IMG/VR virus record: IMGVR_UViG_3300031354_000001
Location: 11,120-75,119 of that record
Origin: a virus
Lineage: Duplodnaviria > Heunggongvirae > Uroviricota > Caudoviricetes
Direction: 5' to 3' (one strand)
Length of the DNA stretch: 64,000 bases
Each line of letters starts with the position of its first letter. Positions within the stretch are counted from its first letter, which is position 1. Both the position numbers and the translations under genes were made by a program. Shown in pieces: positions 49,836 through 57,479 of the stretch. Below the pieces are notes generated by a model. It saw only the letters and a list, made by a program, of their open reading frames with translations, was not told where the DNA came from and searched no databases.

Positions 49836-50372
49836 TTAAATTTTCTCCATGGCGGCAAAGAAATCTTCGCCAATTGCGTCCAGTGTTTCCGGGTTTTCGA
49901 TATATCTACCAATAATTTCTATCATAAGCTGAGCGAACTGAATAATCTTCTCTTTATTCAAAGTATTACCGAGCTTATCTTCGAGTTTATTCATCGAAGA
50001 TACAACTTTTTCTACTTTGATTATAAGATCAGAGATTGGGCCTGATATTAAAAGCAAATCATGCTCGTCTTTACAGAACTTGATTTTTTCTTCAATTAGC
50101 ATTCGTAGTAATGCTACTTCATCACGGAGCGAATTAATGCCATCAGAATTTCCAAGTTCTGCTGCACGTGCATGGAATTTACCTAAGCGATAATTTTTCA
50201 TCCGCTCTTCCTTATTTCTAGCGGCGGCCTTATGGCCGCCGTGGCACATACAGAATTTACTGCCTTCGACAGCTTTATTTGGGCACTGTCCTTGGGCGGC
50301 AGAAGCCTGGCATCGATTAGGATCATCTTCCGGAACTTTTTCCCACTTATATTCGTCGATTTCTTTTACCAT
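49836..50372 (-). CDS. hypothetical protein with N-terminal Cys/His cluster
   Basis: 178 aa; CQASAAQGQCP ... CMCHGGH. Confidence 0.4.
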   Translation of the reverse strand: MVKEIDEYKWEKVPEDDPNRCQASAAQGQCPNKAVEGSKFCMCHGGHKAAARNKEERMKNYRLGKFHARAAELGNSDGINSLRDEVALLRMLIEEKIKFCKDEHDLLLISGPISDLIIKVEKVVSSMNKLEDKLGNTLNKEKIIQFAQLMIEIIGRYIENPETLDAIGEDFFAAMEKI

Positions 50373-50431
50373 TCTTTGATCCTAAGTTTGGCCTGATTTT
50401 AAAATCACACGATGCCGTCCACTTATACTAT

Positions 50432-50452
50432 CCTGTTTTCATGGAAAACAGG
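50432..50452. other. perfect 9-bp stem / 3-nt loop hairpin in the intergenic region
   Basis: CCTGTTTTC-ATG-GAAAACAGG, sitting between GATTTTAAAATC copies at 50395 and 50504. Confidence 0.3.
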
Positions 50453-50715
50453 TAAATTATTTTAGGATTTTCGGTGGTCCAAAAGTGCGATCAATTATTC
50501 GATGATTTTAAAATCAGAAATATTTTTTCTGAAAATATTTTTTCTGAAAGTCATTGATAAGTAGCTGGACGTTTTTGAAAGTCCTGGGGCGCCACCCAGC
50601 AGAGGGGTGAGGTACTTGGTGCAATAATTAAAACCCTCCCTCCCGTATCGTCGAATCTCTGATTGTAAAATCACTGGACACTTTGGCAATAAGACTCAGT
50701 GATTTTATAATCATT

Positions 50716-50780
50716 GGCCTCTGCCTCTGGCCTCTGGCCTCTGGCGTGAGGCGTGAGGTGTGAGGCGTGAGGCGTGAGGC
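50716..50780. repeat. two back-to-back heptamer microsatellites: (CCTCTGG)~4 then (GGCGTGA)5
   Basis: Direct reading: ggcctctgcctctggcctctggcctct, then ggcgtgaggcgtgaggtgtgaggcgtgaggcgtgagg. Confidence 0.85.
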
Positions 50781-50847
50781 ATAAGATTCTATGGCCTTAG
50801 CTTCGACGCTAACGCGATTACAAGCGGCGGGCCATATGATACGTCAA

Positions 50848-51218
50848 GGGGCGCGGGGAGCGGGGCGCGGGGAGCGGGGAGCGGGGAGCGGGGAGCGGGG
50901 AGCGGGGCGCGGGGAGCGGGGAGCGGGGAGCGGGGCGCGGGGAGCGGGGAGCGGGGAGCGGGGAGCGGGGAGCGGGGAGCGGGGCGCGGGGAGCGGGGCG
51001 CGGGGAGCGGGGCGCGGGGCGCGGGGCGCGGGGAGCGGGGCGCGGGGAGCGGGGCGCGGGGAGCGGGGAGCGGGGAGCGGGGCGCGGGGAGCGGGGAGCG
51101 GGGCGCGGGGAGCGGGGAGCGGGGAGCGGGGCGCGGGGCGCGGGGCGCGGGGAGCGGGGCGCGGGGCGCGGGGAGCGGGGAGCGGGGAGCGGGGAGCGGG
51201 GAGCGGGGAGCGGGGCGG
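50848..51218. repeat. ~53-copy heptamer minisatellite GGGGAGC/GGGGCGC (G-quadruplex-prone)
   Basis: 371 nt of perfect 7-nt periodicity. Only the 5th base varies (A or C), in an irregular order. GGGG runs fall every 7 nt on the plus strand. Confidence 0.9.
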
Positions 51219-51416
51219 TTAGCTATTCAGGAACGCCTCCCACGCCTCCGGCGTACATGGTTCCTTGATTCGGTCGAGCCAATCTAGCGACGTGCTTTGC
51301 ACCTCCCAGCCATCGGCTTGGATTAGCTCCAGGGCAAGGGCGAGGTTGTGAAGGGGGACGTCGAATGTTCGGTTAGTTGTTTCACGGTTCGCGTCAATGG
51401 TCACTCTTGTAATCAT
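51219..51416 (-). CDS. GC-rich island small protein (65 aa from the ATG)
   Basis: ORF MITRVTIDANRETTNRTFDV ...; its ATG overlaps (TGATG) the stop of a 30-aa upstream peptide. High GC, unlike the phage backbone. Confidence 0.4.
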   Translation of the reverse strand: MITRVTIDANRETTNRTFDVPLHNLALALELIQADGWEVQSTSLDWLDRIKEPCTPEAWEAFLNS

Positions 51417-51508
51417 CACAGCACCATCTTTCTCTTAGTGGACAGAAGCGAAACGGCCGCGAACAACGCGATAACAATCATGGTCAGTACATAAGTTTCG
51501 GGTGTCAT
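51416..51508 (-). CDS. 30-aa hydrophobic peptide, translationally coupled
   Basis: Hand-translated MTPETYVLTMIVIALFAAVSLLSTKRKMVL; preceded by strong SD AAGGGAGGTGAT 5 nt upstream; below the ORF-track cutoff. Confidence 0.3.
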   Translation of the reverse strand: MTPETYVLTMIVIALFAAVSLLSTKRKMVL

Positions 51509-51524
51509 AACATCACCTCCCTTT

Positions 51525-51746
51525 CTACTTGAATCTTACCATAGATTCGAGGATTGTCAAGGGAAAATCGGGGACAAGCGTTTGTAGCTCGGATAGCCAG
51601 TAATCCGCTTCAGACAAGTCTCCGTTTCGTCGATAATCGATGATCGTTTCGATGAAATCGGCGACACTACGCGAGCCGGGGCAGTAGCAAAAATCTGCCC
51701 ATTGGCCTAGGCTCGCTTTCAATGCTTTGCGTTCGTGTCGATTCAT
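51525..51746 (-). CDS. GC-rich island small protein
   Basis: 73 aa, MNRHERKALKASLGQWADFCYCPG ...; SD-like GAAAGGGAAAG upstream inside a duplicated 22-nt leader. Confidence 0.4.
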   Translation of the reverse strand: MNRHERKALKASLGQWADFCYCPGSRSVADFIETIIDYRRNGDLSEADYWLSELQTLVPDFPLTILESMVRFK

Positions 51747-51817
51747 GGCTCTTTCCCTTTCTACTTGAATCTTACCACGGGGAAGAAAGAAGTCAAGGAA
51801 AAATCTGGAAAAGATTT

Positions 51818-51858
51818 TCGGAGGTTCGGAGGTTCGGAGGTTCGGAGGTTCGGAGGTT
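51818..51858. repeat. (TTCGGAGG)5 octamer microsatellite
   Basis: cggaggttcggaggttcggaggttcggaggttcggaggtt; lies in the 5' leader of the 51525..51746 gene and overlaps the stop of the 56-aa ORF. Confidence 0.85.
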
Positions 51859-52027
51859 CAAAAAAGAATTACAGGGTGAGTTGGATTGAGAGGATGATTG
51901 TCGCCGGGATATCCGTAATCTGCCGGATACCATGCTGCGATTGCATTGTCCTCCATTACGGTAACTTCTTTATCCAATTGATCTTCTGTCAATCCGTTAA
52001 GTTTGTCTCGCAATTCTCGGTATGTCA
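51857..52027 (-). CDS. 56-aa small protein of the GC-rich island
   Basis: Hand-translated MTYRELRDKLNGLTEDQLDKEVTVMEDNAIAAWYPADYGYPGDNHPLNPTHPVILF, with AAAGG SD-like sequence upstream. Confidence 0.3.
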
Positions 52028-52180
52028 TTGTAGTTACCTTTCAGAGAAACATCACCAAACCAGTAAGGTTCGGCGGTGGGGTAAACTTTCGATTTTTGGT
52101 TTTTTGAGTTTTTCTCTAATTTATAGGTTTTTGATTATATAATCAAACTGGCCAAAACTGACTATATACTCAAACGACAA

Positions 52181-52212
52181 ATAGCCCGCCATGGTTCGCC
52201 ATGACGGGCTAT
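52181..52212 (-). terminator. 14-bp stem hairpin (one mismatch) just downstream of the island ParB-like gene
   Basis: ATAGCCCGCCATGG-TTCG-CCATGACGGGCTAT, flanked by T-runs on both strands. Confidence 0.4.
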
Positions 52213-52228
52213 CTGATTTTTGGCGAGC

Positions 52229-53203
52229 CTAGGCGGCCGCCTCTTCGTTGACGGCGTCGGCCATATCCATGGCCTTGACAACCATGGCATTATAGTCGTC
52301 CTCCCCGAGGTACTCACGGAGAGCCTGGACCACTTTGACGGCCTCTTCGCCTTCGGTGATTTTCCGATCGATCGACGCAAGGTCAGCCGTTCCCTGTTTC
52401 GTCGATGCGAGCAAAGCTTGTTTCAACAGCACACTGTCCATGGCCTGCGCCCGTTCCTTGGCGTCCTTCGCCGAAAGGGCCTTGCCGGCCGTTTCCGGCG
52501 ACTCGGCTTTTTCCTTGGCGTCGTCGAAGATTTTCTTCCACGCCGCTTGGAGCAGTGGCCCGGACCCGTCCGAGTATTCGAGAAACTCCTGATTGTACGA
52601 TTTGTACAACGTGGCGAGATGGGACCAACGCAACGGCGTGGAGTTGGCGTCAGCACAGTATTTCCTCATCTCGTCCTGAACGAAACGGGGGAGCCGGGCC
52701 AAGTTGACCCGCGGCTGGACGAAGCTACGGTTCGGCTTGCCCTTGTTCTTCCCCTTCGTGTGAAAAAGCCCAAGGTGGATTGCGATTTTCTCTTGACTAT
52801 CGCCAAGAGCCTGAACTAGTTGCTGGATTGCCAGGAACATGCTCCATTCGTCGAGCGGTTCGCGGTCCTCGTCGGCCCCATGATCGATTCGACGAAGAAT
52901 CTCTTCCTCTTGCGTCAAGCCCGTGCAAACGATTGCCGGGATTTTTCCGGACGGAAAAAGCTCGGCATAGGCAGTGGGGTCATTGTCCCGAAGCCATTGG
53001 CTCGCGAGCGAACGACGATTCCCGACCAAAACCTTGTACTTGCCGTCATCCTGTTGCGAGACAACGATGGGGTGGTTGCGTTTGAAACCATTTCGGCGGA
53101 TTTTGTCCACCATCTCGGGGATTTTCAGGCTCGGCCCTTGGCGGGGGTTGTCCTCGAAATGAAGGAGATCGATTTCGACGTTTTTGTTCTTTTCGGTACT
53201 CAT
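52229..53203 (-). CDS. ParB-like nuclease-domain protein (copy 3, GC-rich)
   Basis: HFEDNPRQGPSL ... KYKVLVGNRRSLASQWL (ParB N-domain, GNRR variant of GHRR); 324 aa; roughly 58% GC. Confidence 0.6.
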   Translation of the reverse strand: MSTEKNKNVEIDLLHFEDNPRQGPSLKIPEMVDKIRRNGFKRNHPIVVSQQDDGKYKVLVGNRRSLASQWLRDNDPTAYAELFPSGKIPAIVCTGLTQEEEILRRIDHGADEDREPLDEWSMFLAIQQLVQALGDSQEKIAIHLGLFHTKGKNKGKPNRSFVQPRVNLARLPRFVQDEMRKYCADANSTPLRWSHLATLYKSYNQEFLEYSDGSGPLLQAAWKKIFDDAKEKAESPETAGKALSAKDAKERAQAMDSVLLKQALLASTKQGTADLASIDRKITEGEEAVKVVQALREYLGEDDYNAMVVKAMDMADAVNEEAAA

Positions 53204-53257
53204 AGTCAGTTTTCCTCTTGTTACAAAAATAGTAGTGAACGTAAAACGCTAGTAAGT

Positions 53258-53398
53258 CTATAGGCAACTCCTCAATTCTGCTAGGCAACGAACACCGGCG
53301 AGCCGGTATTCAACAGTCAAAAATCCATCCGCTTCGCCGATGATTTTAATATCGGTAGGATTTCCGTTGGTTAGTTTCCTAAGTTTGTCGAGAATCAT
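53258..53398 (-). CDS. 46-aa small ORF
   Basis: Hand-translated MILDKLRKLTNGNPTDIKIIGEADGFLTVEYRLAGVRCLAELRSCL with SD-like GAAAGGGAAAG upstream; speculative. Confidence 0.25.
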   Translation of the reverse strand: MILDKLRKLTNGNPTDIKIIGEADGFLTVEYRLAGVRCLAELRSCL

Positions 53399-53418
53399 TG
53401 TCTTTCCCTTTCGGTAGA

Positions 53419-53703
53419 CTATCTGGCAAATCGTCTCGCAGATTCCATTGCGGCCCGAATGTTTTTGGCACCAACTGGATTAGCAGAATGTATGCTATAA
53501 TTGGGCCATTCGATAATGCCGTTGTAAACAGCATCTTCGATGAAACGTGCTACATCATAACCGGTTTGAGGTGTCCCAAGATCATGGTCGAACGAAATAA
53601 ACTCAACCTTATTGGTAGAGATTAGGTAGCAAGCGTCTCGGGCAGTAGTACAATGTACATGGCCCGGCGGGGCAGGGCGAATATCGTCAAGCCAAATTCT
53701 CAT
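53419..53703 (-). CDS. small REC-like (receiver-fold, cREC-type) domain protein
   Basis: MRIWLDDIRPAP ... ISFDHDLG resembles the M.IWLDDiR.pP.GW ... iSlDHDLG pattern of stand-alone phage receiver-like domains. Weak, memory-based call. Confidence 0.35.
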   Translation of the reverse strand: MRIWLDDIRPAPPGHVHCTTARDACYLISTNKVEFISFDHDLGTPQTGYDVARFIEDAVYNGIIEWPNYSIHSANPVGAKNIRAAMESARRFAR

Positions 53704-53714
53704 GATCTTACCTT

Positions 53715-53746
53715 TCGGTCGGTCGGTCGGTCGGTCGGTCGGTCGG
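53715..53746. repeat. (TCGG)8 tetranucleotide microsatellite
   Basis: tcggtcggtcggtcggtcggtcggtcggtcgg, 11 nt upstream of the start codon of the 53419..53703 gene (in its leader). Confidence 0.85.
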
Positions 53747-53754
53747 TACTTACA

Positions 53755-54006
53755 TTATACCTTGCAGCCCGGCAATGTCAAGACAATTCCGAGAATTTTT
53801 CTCAACTCGTTGTTATCGAAGCTTTTGAGGTGAGCCCCACCACGAAACAGTCTCACTTCCTTTATGTTAAGAATCCCGAACAATGCCACCATTTGCCTCA
53901 ATACTTGTTCGGGCGTACGGCCCTCGAAAGATAAGTCAGTTGATTGCATAACAAAATCTTCGAGATCATCGGACCACGCCCGATACGTTACCTTAGTAGT
54001 GAGCAT
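53755..54006 (-). CDS. GC-rich island small protein
   Basis: 83 aa; first gene of the minus-strand island string. Confidence 0.4.
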   Translation of the reverse strand: MLTTKVTYRAWSDDLEDFVMQSTDLSFEGRTPEQVLRQMVALFGILNIKEVRLFRGGAHLKSFDNNELRKILGIVLTLPGCKV

Positions 54007-54040
54007 AAAATCATTCTCCCAATTGTAATAAAATCAATAT

Positions 54041-54094
54041 CGGCTCGGCTCGGCTCGGCTCGGCTCGGCTCGGCTCGGCTCGGCTCGGCTCGGC
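54041..54094. repeat. (CGGCT)~11 pentanucleotide microsatellite
   Basis: 54 nt of perfect cggct periodicity, 35 nt upstream of the start of the 53755..54006 gene. Confidence 0.85.
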
Positions 54095-54262
54095 ATTACT
54101 CTATTATACCATGGCGATTGGCCATGTCAAGAGGGAAAACAAAAATTATTTTGCCGATGATATTGATTTTATTGCATACCTAAGAAAATGATTTTAGTAT
54201 CGAGGGTTATAACGATTATAATGATTCTAATGATTCTAATAATCGCGTGTACAGAAGATGAT

Positions 54263-54337
54263 ATGTCGCCTACCGCGCCTATACTTACGCTTAAAAGTAC
54301 ATCGCCTACCGCAACCACACTCACGCTTAAAAGTGCA
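54263..54337. repeat. two tandem ~36-nt degenerate direct repeats
   Basis: tcgcctaccgcGCCtaTaCTtacgcttaaaagt / tcgcctaccgcAACcaCaCTCacgcttaaaagt. Confidence 0.5.
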
Positions 54338-55259
54338 CTAACTTAAAACAATTTTAAAATCAATGAATAATGATCGTAATTATGGACCATTCAAGGATCA
54401 ATCCTAACGACCCGATAGGTTCGACGACTCCTAACACTAGACACCTACCGTAAGGCCCTGAGAGGCCATCTCTCGGACTCTCAGAGCCATTTCCTCGGAC
54501 TCCTACCACCGAATCCGACCACCCGACAACAGGACGCAAAACGACGGTTCCAACCTATATAAAAGTCTATACTGGTTTCCATCGTCCTAAGTCCAATCAT
54601 AGCAAGACTTAACCAGAAGACCGTAAATACAGGCCACTAAGTCCCTTATACGTAATTATATTTATTTCTTATTTTCCCCCTATATAGAAGACTCTAAAAA
54701 GTAGTATAAAGTAGTAAGGTCAATGGAGCCAAGGACTTAGGTTGTCAGCACCCTGTATATCACTTGTATAGTCAACATTCCCGCTTATTTATCACCATTC
54801 TTGTTACCATTTGTAAGTAGCTGGCATTATTAGACTTCGAGCAATTACAAATAACTCCAATAAAACTAGCCAACATTCCGAAAAACATTTTTCCATGAAC
54901 ACTCGTACACTACCCAAGTGTATCATAATTGAACACTTTTTGTAAATCGTTGCTATCAAACAACTTAACGATTTTGCCAAAAATTTCCACTTCTGTTGCC
55001 GCGATCGACAATCCTGGTATTGGTCCAAATCCACGATCACTTGATTTTAGTATCAAGATACAATTTTGTTGTTCAATATCTCGATCAATTGTTCTTTGAA
55101 TTTAATATCATAAACGATTTTATCATCATCCAATTGTACAGATCATTAATTCTTCATTCTCTAAACAAAACTTATGTGTATATTTAGTAATATTTAAGAA
55201 TGTTTAGCCTTTGATGAATATATGATCCTCATTTATCTCTTCAAAGTATGTCAATTCCA

Positions 55260-55457
55260 TCATAAGTTACTCCAGGAATGAACCAATGCATCGCCAATGT
55301 CTTCCATATTGTGAACTGTTAATTCTTTTAACTCAAATGTATATTCCTGACATAATTTTAAAATCAAGTTGTTACCATTTTCCACAATATCATAGATCCA
55401 ATAACATTTACCTTCATAGTATATTAAATCAGTGACTTTTAATTTATTTGCTCTCAT
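55260..55457 (-). CDS. hypothetical small protein (65 aa from the internal ATG)
   Basis: MRANKLKVTDLIYYEGKCYW ...; its ATG overlaps (ATGA) the stop of the upstream gene. The longer 99-aa ORF version overlaps that gene in another frame. Confidence 0.35.
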   Translation of the reverse strand: MRANKLKVTDLIYYEGKCYWIYDIVENGNNLILKLCQEYTFELKELTVHNMEDIGDALVHSWSNL

Positions 55458-55735
55458 TTTAACATCTTTAAAATAGCCGCACCAACGGATGATAATCCAC
55501 CAGAAAAATATAATATCACAACGCAGACCGCGATAATCGCTAGACTCATGAAGCTCCACTTCCTATGACTCGCAAGCTTCGTTCGTAGCTTTACCATTGT
55601 CTGCCGTTGCTTCCTGAACTTATCAAGGAATGTTGTCCTCTTATTATCAGTTACTCTACTATCGCTAACGCTAGTAGAATCAATACTATTGCGGCGAGCA
55701 TCCAAAGCATCACGAATCCTTTTAAATAGCTTCAT
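55454..55735 (-). CDS. small protein with C-terminal TM anchor
   Basis: 93 aa, basic N-terminal half then WSFMSLAIIAVCVVILYFSGG. Confidence 0.35.
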   Translation of the reverse strand: MKLFKRIRDALDARRNSIDSTSVSDSRVTDNKRTTFLDKFRKQRQTMVKLRTKLASHRKWSFMSLAIIAVCVVILYFSGGLSSVGAAILKMLK

Positions 55736-55736
55736 T

Positions 55737-56492
55737 TTACTTCTCCGATTCTTCTTTTACTTCTCCAATTACTTCGAACCACCGGCAGCGGTATTTATTA
55801 CCAGCTTGGTGAATCTGATCTAATTTCGTTCTTACGATTATAATATCATTACTCCAGTATCTTGCACTTTTTATATCCTTACAGATATACAATCCGGGAT
55901 GGCACTCTGTATCACTCGTAGAGAACACATCAGCAGAATAGTGACGTCCCACTCTATAATAATCAATGTGACCAGCTTTACGATCGCGATAACCAATAGC
56001 ATAACCATTGACAATCTCGAAACAATTTGGTATATTACATACATTATTGGGATCAAGGCAGGTACCAGTTAAATCTGTTTTATAAAAATTAATACCTTTT
56101 AAATTAGTTTTACTTAAATTGGCGCCAGTCAAATCTGCACAAATTAAATCAGCGAAAATTAAATTAGCATTTCTTAAATTAGCATTTCTTAAATTCGCAT
56201 TTCTTAAATTCGCATAAGTCAAATCAGCATAAGTCAAATCAGCATAACTCAAATCTGCACAAATTAAATCAGCATAACTTAAATTAGCACCACATAGATT
56301 GGCTCTATTTAAATTAGCATCACATAAATTAGCTTTATTTAAATCCTCATTACTTAAATTAGCGCCACTGAGATTAGCGCATCTTAAATCGGTACCACTG
56401 AAATCAAATCCACTTAAATTACCTGAGCATACAAATCTCTTTCCGGGTTTACCATTTAGCCACAATTGATGCTGCCTCATAGTCTTTTTCAT
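55737..56492 (-). CDS. pentapeptide-repeat protein
   Basis: More than 20 consecutive A(D/N)LxxANLxx pentapeptides (ANLSGANLSNEDLNKANLCDANLNRANLCGANLSYADL ...), followed by a ~90-aa Cys/His-containing C-terminal domain. Confidence 0.7.
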   Translation of the reverse strand: MKKTMRQHQLWLNGKPGKRFVCSGNLSGFDFSGTDLRCANLSGANLSNEDLNKANLCDANLNRANLCGANLSYADLICADLSYADLTYADLTYANLRNANLRNANLRNANLIFADLICADLTGANLSKTNLKGINFYKTDLTGTCLDPNNVCNIPNCFEIVNGYAIGYRDRKAGHIDYYRVGRHYSADVFSTSDTECHPGLYICKDIKSARYWSNDIIIVRTKLDQIHQAGNKYRCRWFEVIGEVKEESEK

Positions 56493-56896
56493 AATTTTCT
56501 CCGAAAGACATAGCCATCAGACTTATCGGGATATAACTCCGATAATATCTTCGTTGCAATCCAGCCCCACGATCGTGCCAATTCTAAATACTCCGATTCT
56601 TCATGTAGCACCGTGACCGCGGGCTTCTTCAAATTGTTAATAAAATCCTTGTGCAATTTCCACCCCAAACCATTTCTTCGAAATAGTGGATGAATACATA
56701 GCTTAGCTAGAAAGATCGTATTCTGTTGCTCTTGGAAGCAATAAAACCCGTATACATGCTTGCTATCGGCTAGTACACGGAATGTATATTCATTGGCTGT
56801 CTTCCAACCTTCATCATACCATGGCCAGTAATAACTTTTAAAATCAATGCTCTTCAGTTGATCCAGATGTGGTTCCCAAATTGAGGAGATTATCAT
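56489..56896 (-). CDS. GNAT-family acetyltransferase-like protein
   Basis: IHPLFRRNGLGWKLHKDF resembles the GNAT motif A (R..G.G..L); 135 aa. Confidence 0.45.
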   Translation of the reverse strand: MIISSIWEPHLDQLKSIDFKSYYWPWYDEGWKTANEYTFRVLADSKHVYGFYCFQEQQNTIFLAKLCIHPLFRRNGLGWKLHKDFINNLKKPAVTVLHEESEYLELARSWGWIATKILSELYPDKSDGYVFRRKL

Positions 56897-57125
56897 AACG
56901 TTTTTGTTCCTCCGATACTCGCATACAGCATTGACGGTAATAGGCCAATCGTTCTCTAATTATCTTTAGCATCGCTACTCTAGCATCATGTCTATCTTGG
57001 TATACTTCCGTTTTAATACGATGCTCTTTATCTCCCTTGGTAAAGACCGCATAATCTTCATCTTTTTCACACTCCATTACAATAAATGTAAGACTCTTAG
57101 GATCGACGATATTTGCATAAGGCAT
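56844..57125 (-). CDS. hypothetical protein
   Basis: 93-aa ORF overlapping the GNAT gene start. Confidence 0.35.
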   Translation of the reverse strand: MPYANIVDPKSLTFIVMECEKDEDYAVFTKGDKEHRIKTEVYQDRHDARVAMLKIIRERLAYYRQCCMRVSEEQKRYDNLLNLGTTSGSTEEH

Positions 57126-57293
57126 TGAATTTTTTCTCCAGTTGGTATAATAATAATTTAATGTTGTCTAATTCATCAGATTCATAAGTAGGTCTTAAGA
57201 CATCCTCAGCTTCAGATTTCGTTTTGAACGGATTATGTACATGATATTCATTACCATCATCGCATCTTATAGTGCAAAAACCTGTATATCTCC

Positions 57294-57479
57294 TTATAAT
57301 CTTGCCACTTCTTTTCCAATAAATAGTACCTCGGAGTGTGCTTTAAAATATAATGGCTGAATGATTGTAAAACTACTTGTTTCCCAACCATTGCCAAGTA
57401 ATTTCCAACACTCCATTATATTTTGACCAATAACAATGGCCACCATATCATTTTGATCTAATTTATAAATATACTTCAT
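57294..57479 (-). CDS. hypothetical small protein
   Basis: 61 aa. Confidence 0.3.
   Translation of the reverse strand: MKYIYKLDQNDMVAIVIGQNIMECWKLLGNGWETSSFTIIQPLYFKAHSEVLFIGKEVARL

Noticed and set aside
50432-50452. Calling the CCTGTTTTC-ATG-GAAAACAGG hairpin a rho-independent terminator
   Set aside because: No clear U-tract follows on either strand. It is kept as a generic hairpin, possibly an operator or RNA-processing site.
50791-51222. 143-aa plus-strand ORF made of GERGAGS heptad repeats (could be read as a collagen-like or Gly-rich protein)
   Set aside because: It is produced entirely by the 7-nt minisatellite: 3 x 7 nt gives 7 aa, so every frame is open and periodic. There is no RBS, Gly is not at every third position (not collagen), and the antisense frame is equally open. 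Treated as a repeat, not a CDS.
52220-53288. Multiple overlapping plus- and minus-strand ORFs (52220..52819, 52335..52592, 52405..52707, 52780..53085, 52820..53263, 52383..52628, 52423..52656, 53046..53288)
   Set aside because: They lie antisense or out of frame within the GC-rich ParB-like gene. High GC suppresses stop codons; the products are Arg/Pro/Gly-rich nonsense.
50716-54337. CRISPR array interpretation of the repeat tracts
   Set aside because: Units are 4-8 nt (or 36 nt in a single tandem pair) and directly abutting, with no unique spacers. No cas genes are present.
54804-55187. ORFs 54804..55040(-) and 54996..55187(+) in the 1.1-kb region
   Set aside because: Low-complexity products on opposite strands that overlap each other, with no RBS. 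The region is treated as non-coding.
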